This document shows positions 5,795-6,012 of a stretch of DNA of 6,012 nt, one piece after another (the first letter of the stretch is position 1; each line of letters begins with the position of its first letter). The DNA lies in the NCBI RefSeq assembly GCF_006345805.1, contig NW_021829457.1:1-6012 (forward strand), in the 5' to 3' direction. Under the pieces are notes generated by a model. The model did not search any database. It was not told the origin of the DNA and was given only the letters and a program-made list of their open reading frames with translations. A program made the position numbers and the translations under genes. The DNA is from Octopus sinensis (Eukaryota).

Positions 5795-6012
5795 GATGCG
5801 GTCAGAGCAACGAAACCGTCCTGCACGCACTTGTACAGTGTCCAACCATTTCCGACCTGTGTGCCTATGTCGAAACGACTGCTATCGCGTGTGGGACGAG
5901 TCGGTTTATCAACCTAGAGGAAAGGAAGAGCCATTTTCATCGTACTTGTGGCTATGGCGAAAGAATGTGTATGGTGGACGCATCTGAAAGGTTTAGAGAC
6001 AAGCACTTTCCT
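5795..6012 (+). pseudogene. Degenerate Tx1/L1-clade LINE ORF2 C-terminal fragment (zf-RVT-like zinc knuckle), runs off the window
   Basis: From 5797: CGQSNETVLHALVQCPTISDLCAYVE, a +1 frameshift at about 5875, then RLLSRVGRVGLST* (TAG at 5915-5917) and RKGRAIFIVLVAMAKECVWWTHLKGLETSTF. C..ET..H.L..CP followed by a downstream AK..(V/I)W motif is the typical L1/Tx1 ORF2 C-terminus. The first Cys of the knuckle is truncated. Confidence 0.8.

Noticed and set aside
1-6012. Prokaryotic systems (CRISPR, retron, operon, defence island)
   Set aside because: The sequence is clearly metazoan repeat-rich DNA. The RT-like fragment is a dead LINE relic and there is no repeat-spacer array.

Overview
This window is eukaryotic, repeat-dense intronic or intergenic DNA with no credible intact gene. 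The repeat families look like those of octopus (coleoid cephalopod) genomes; this is recognition from memory, not a database result. Almost all listed ORFs are translations of microsatellites. Two tRNA-derived SINE families are present. Family A has a near-complete copy at 299-521 with a perfect 13-bp target-site duplication and an old minus-strand copy at 1572-1658. Family B has the layout head + internal microsatellite + LINE-like tail, with about 8 copies or fragments in both orientations. The ORF track misses two LINE relics: a CR1/L2-type reverse transcriptase fragment at about 1661-1889, interrupted by a SINE, and a Tx1/L1-type C-terminal zinc-knuckle fragment at about 5795-6012. There is also a non-autonomous Helitron (about 3960-4341) inserted in a (TA)n tract, a second type of LINE-like 3' end, and many microsatellites, including an 88-bp near-perfect inverted microsatellite hairpin. 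I found no convincing novel biological system. The points of interest are the modular, nested transposon architecture and the dsRNA-forming potential.
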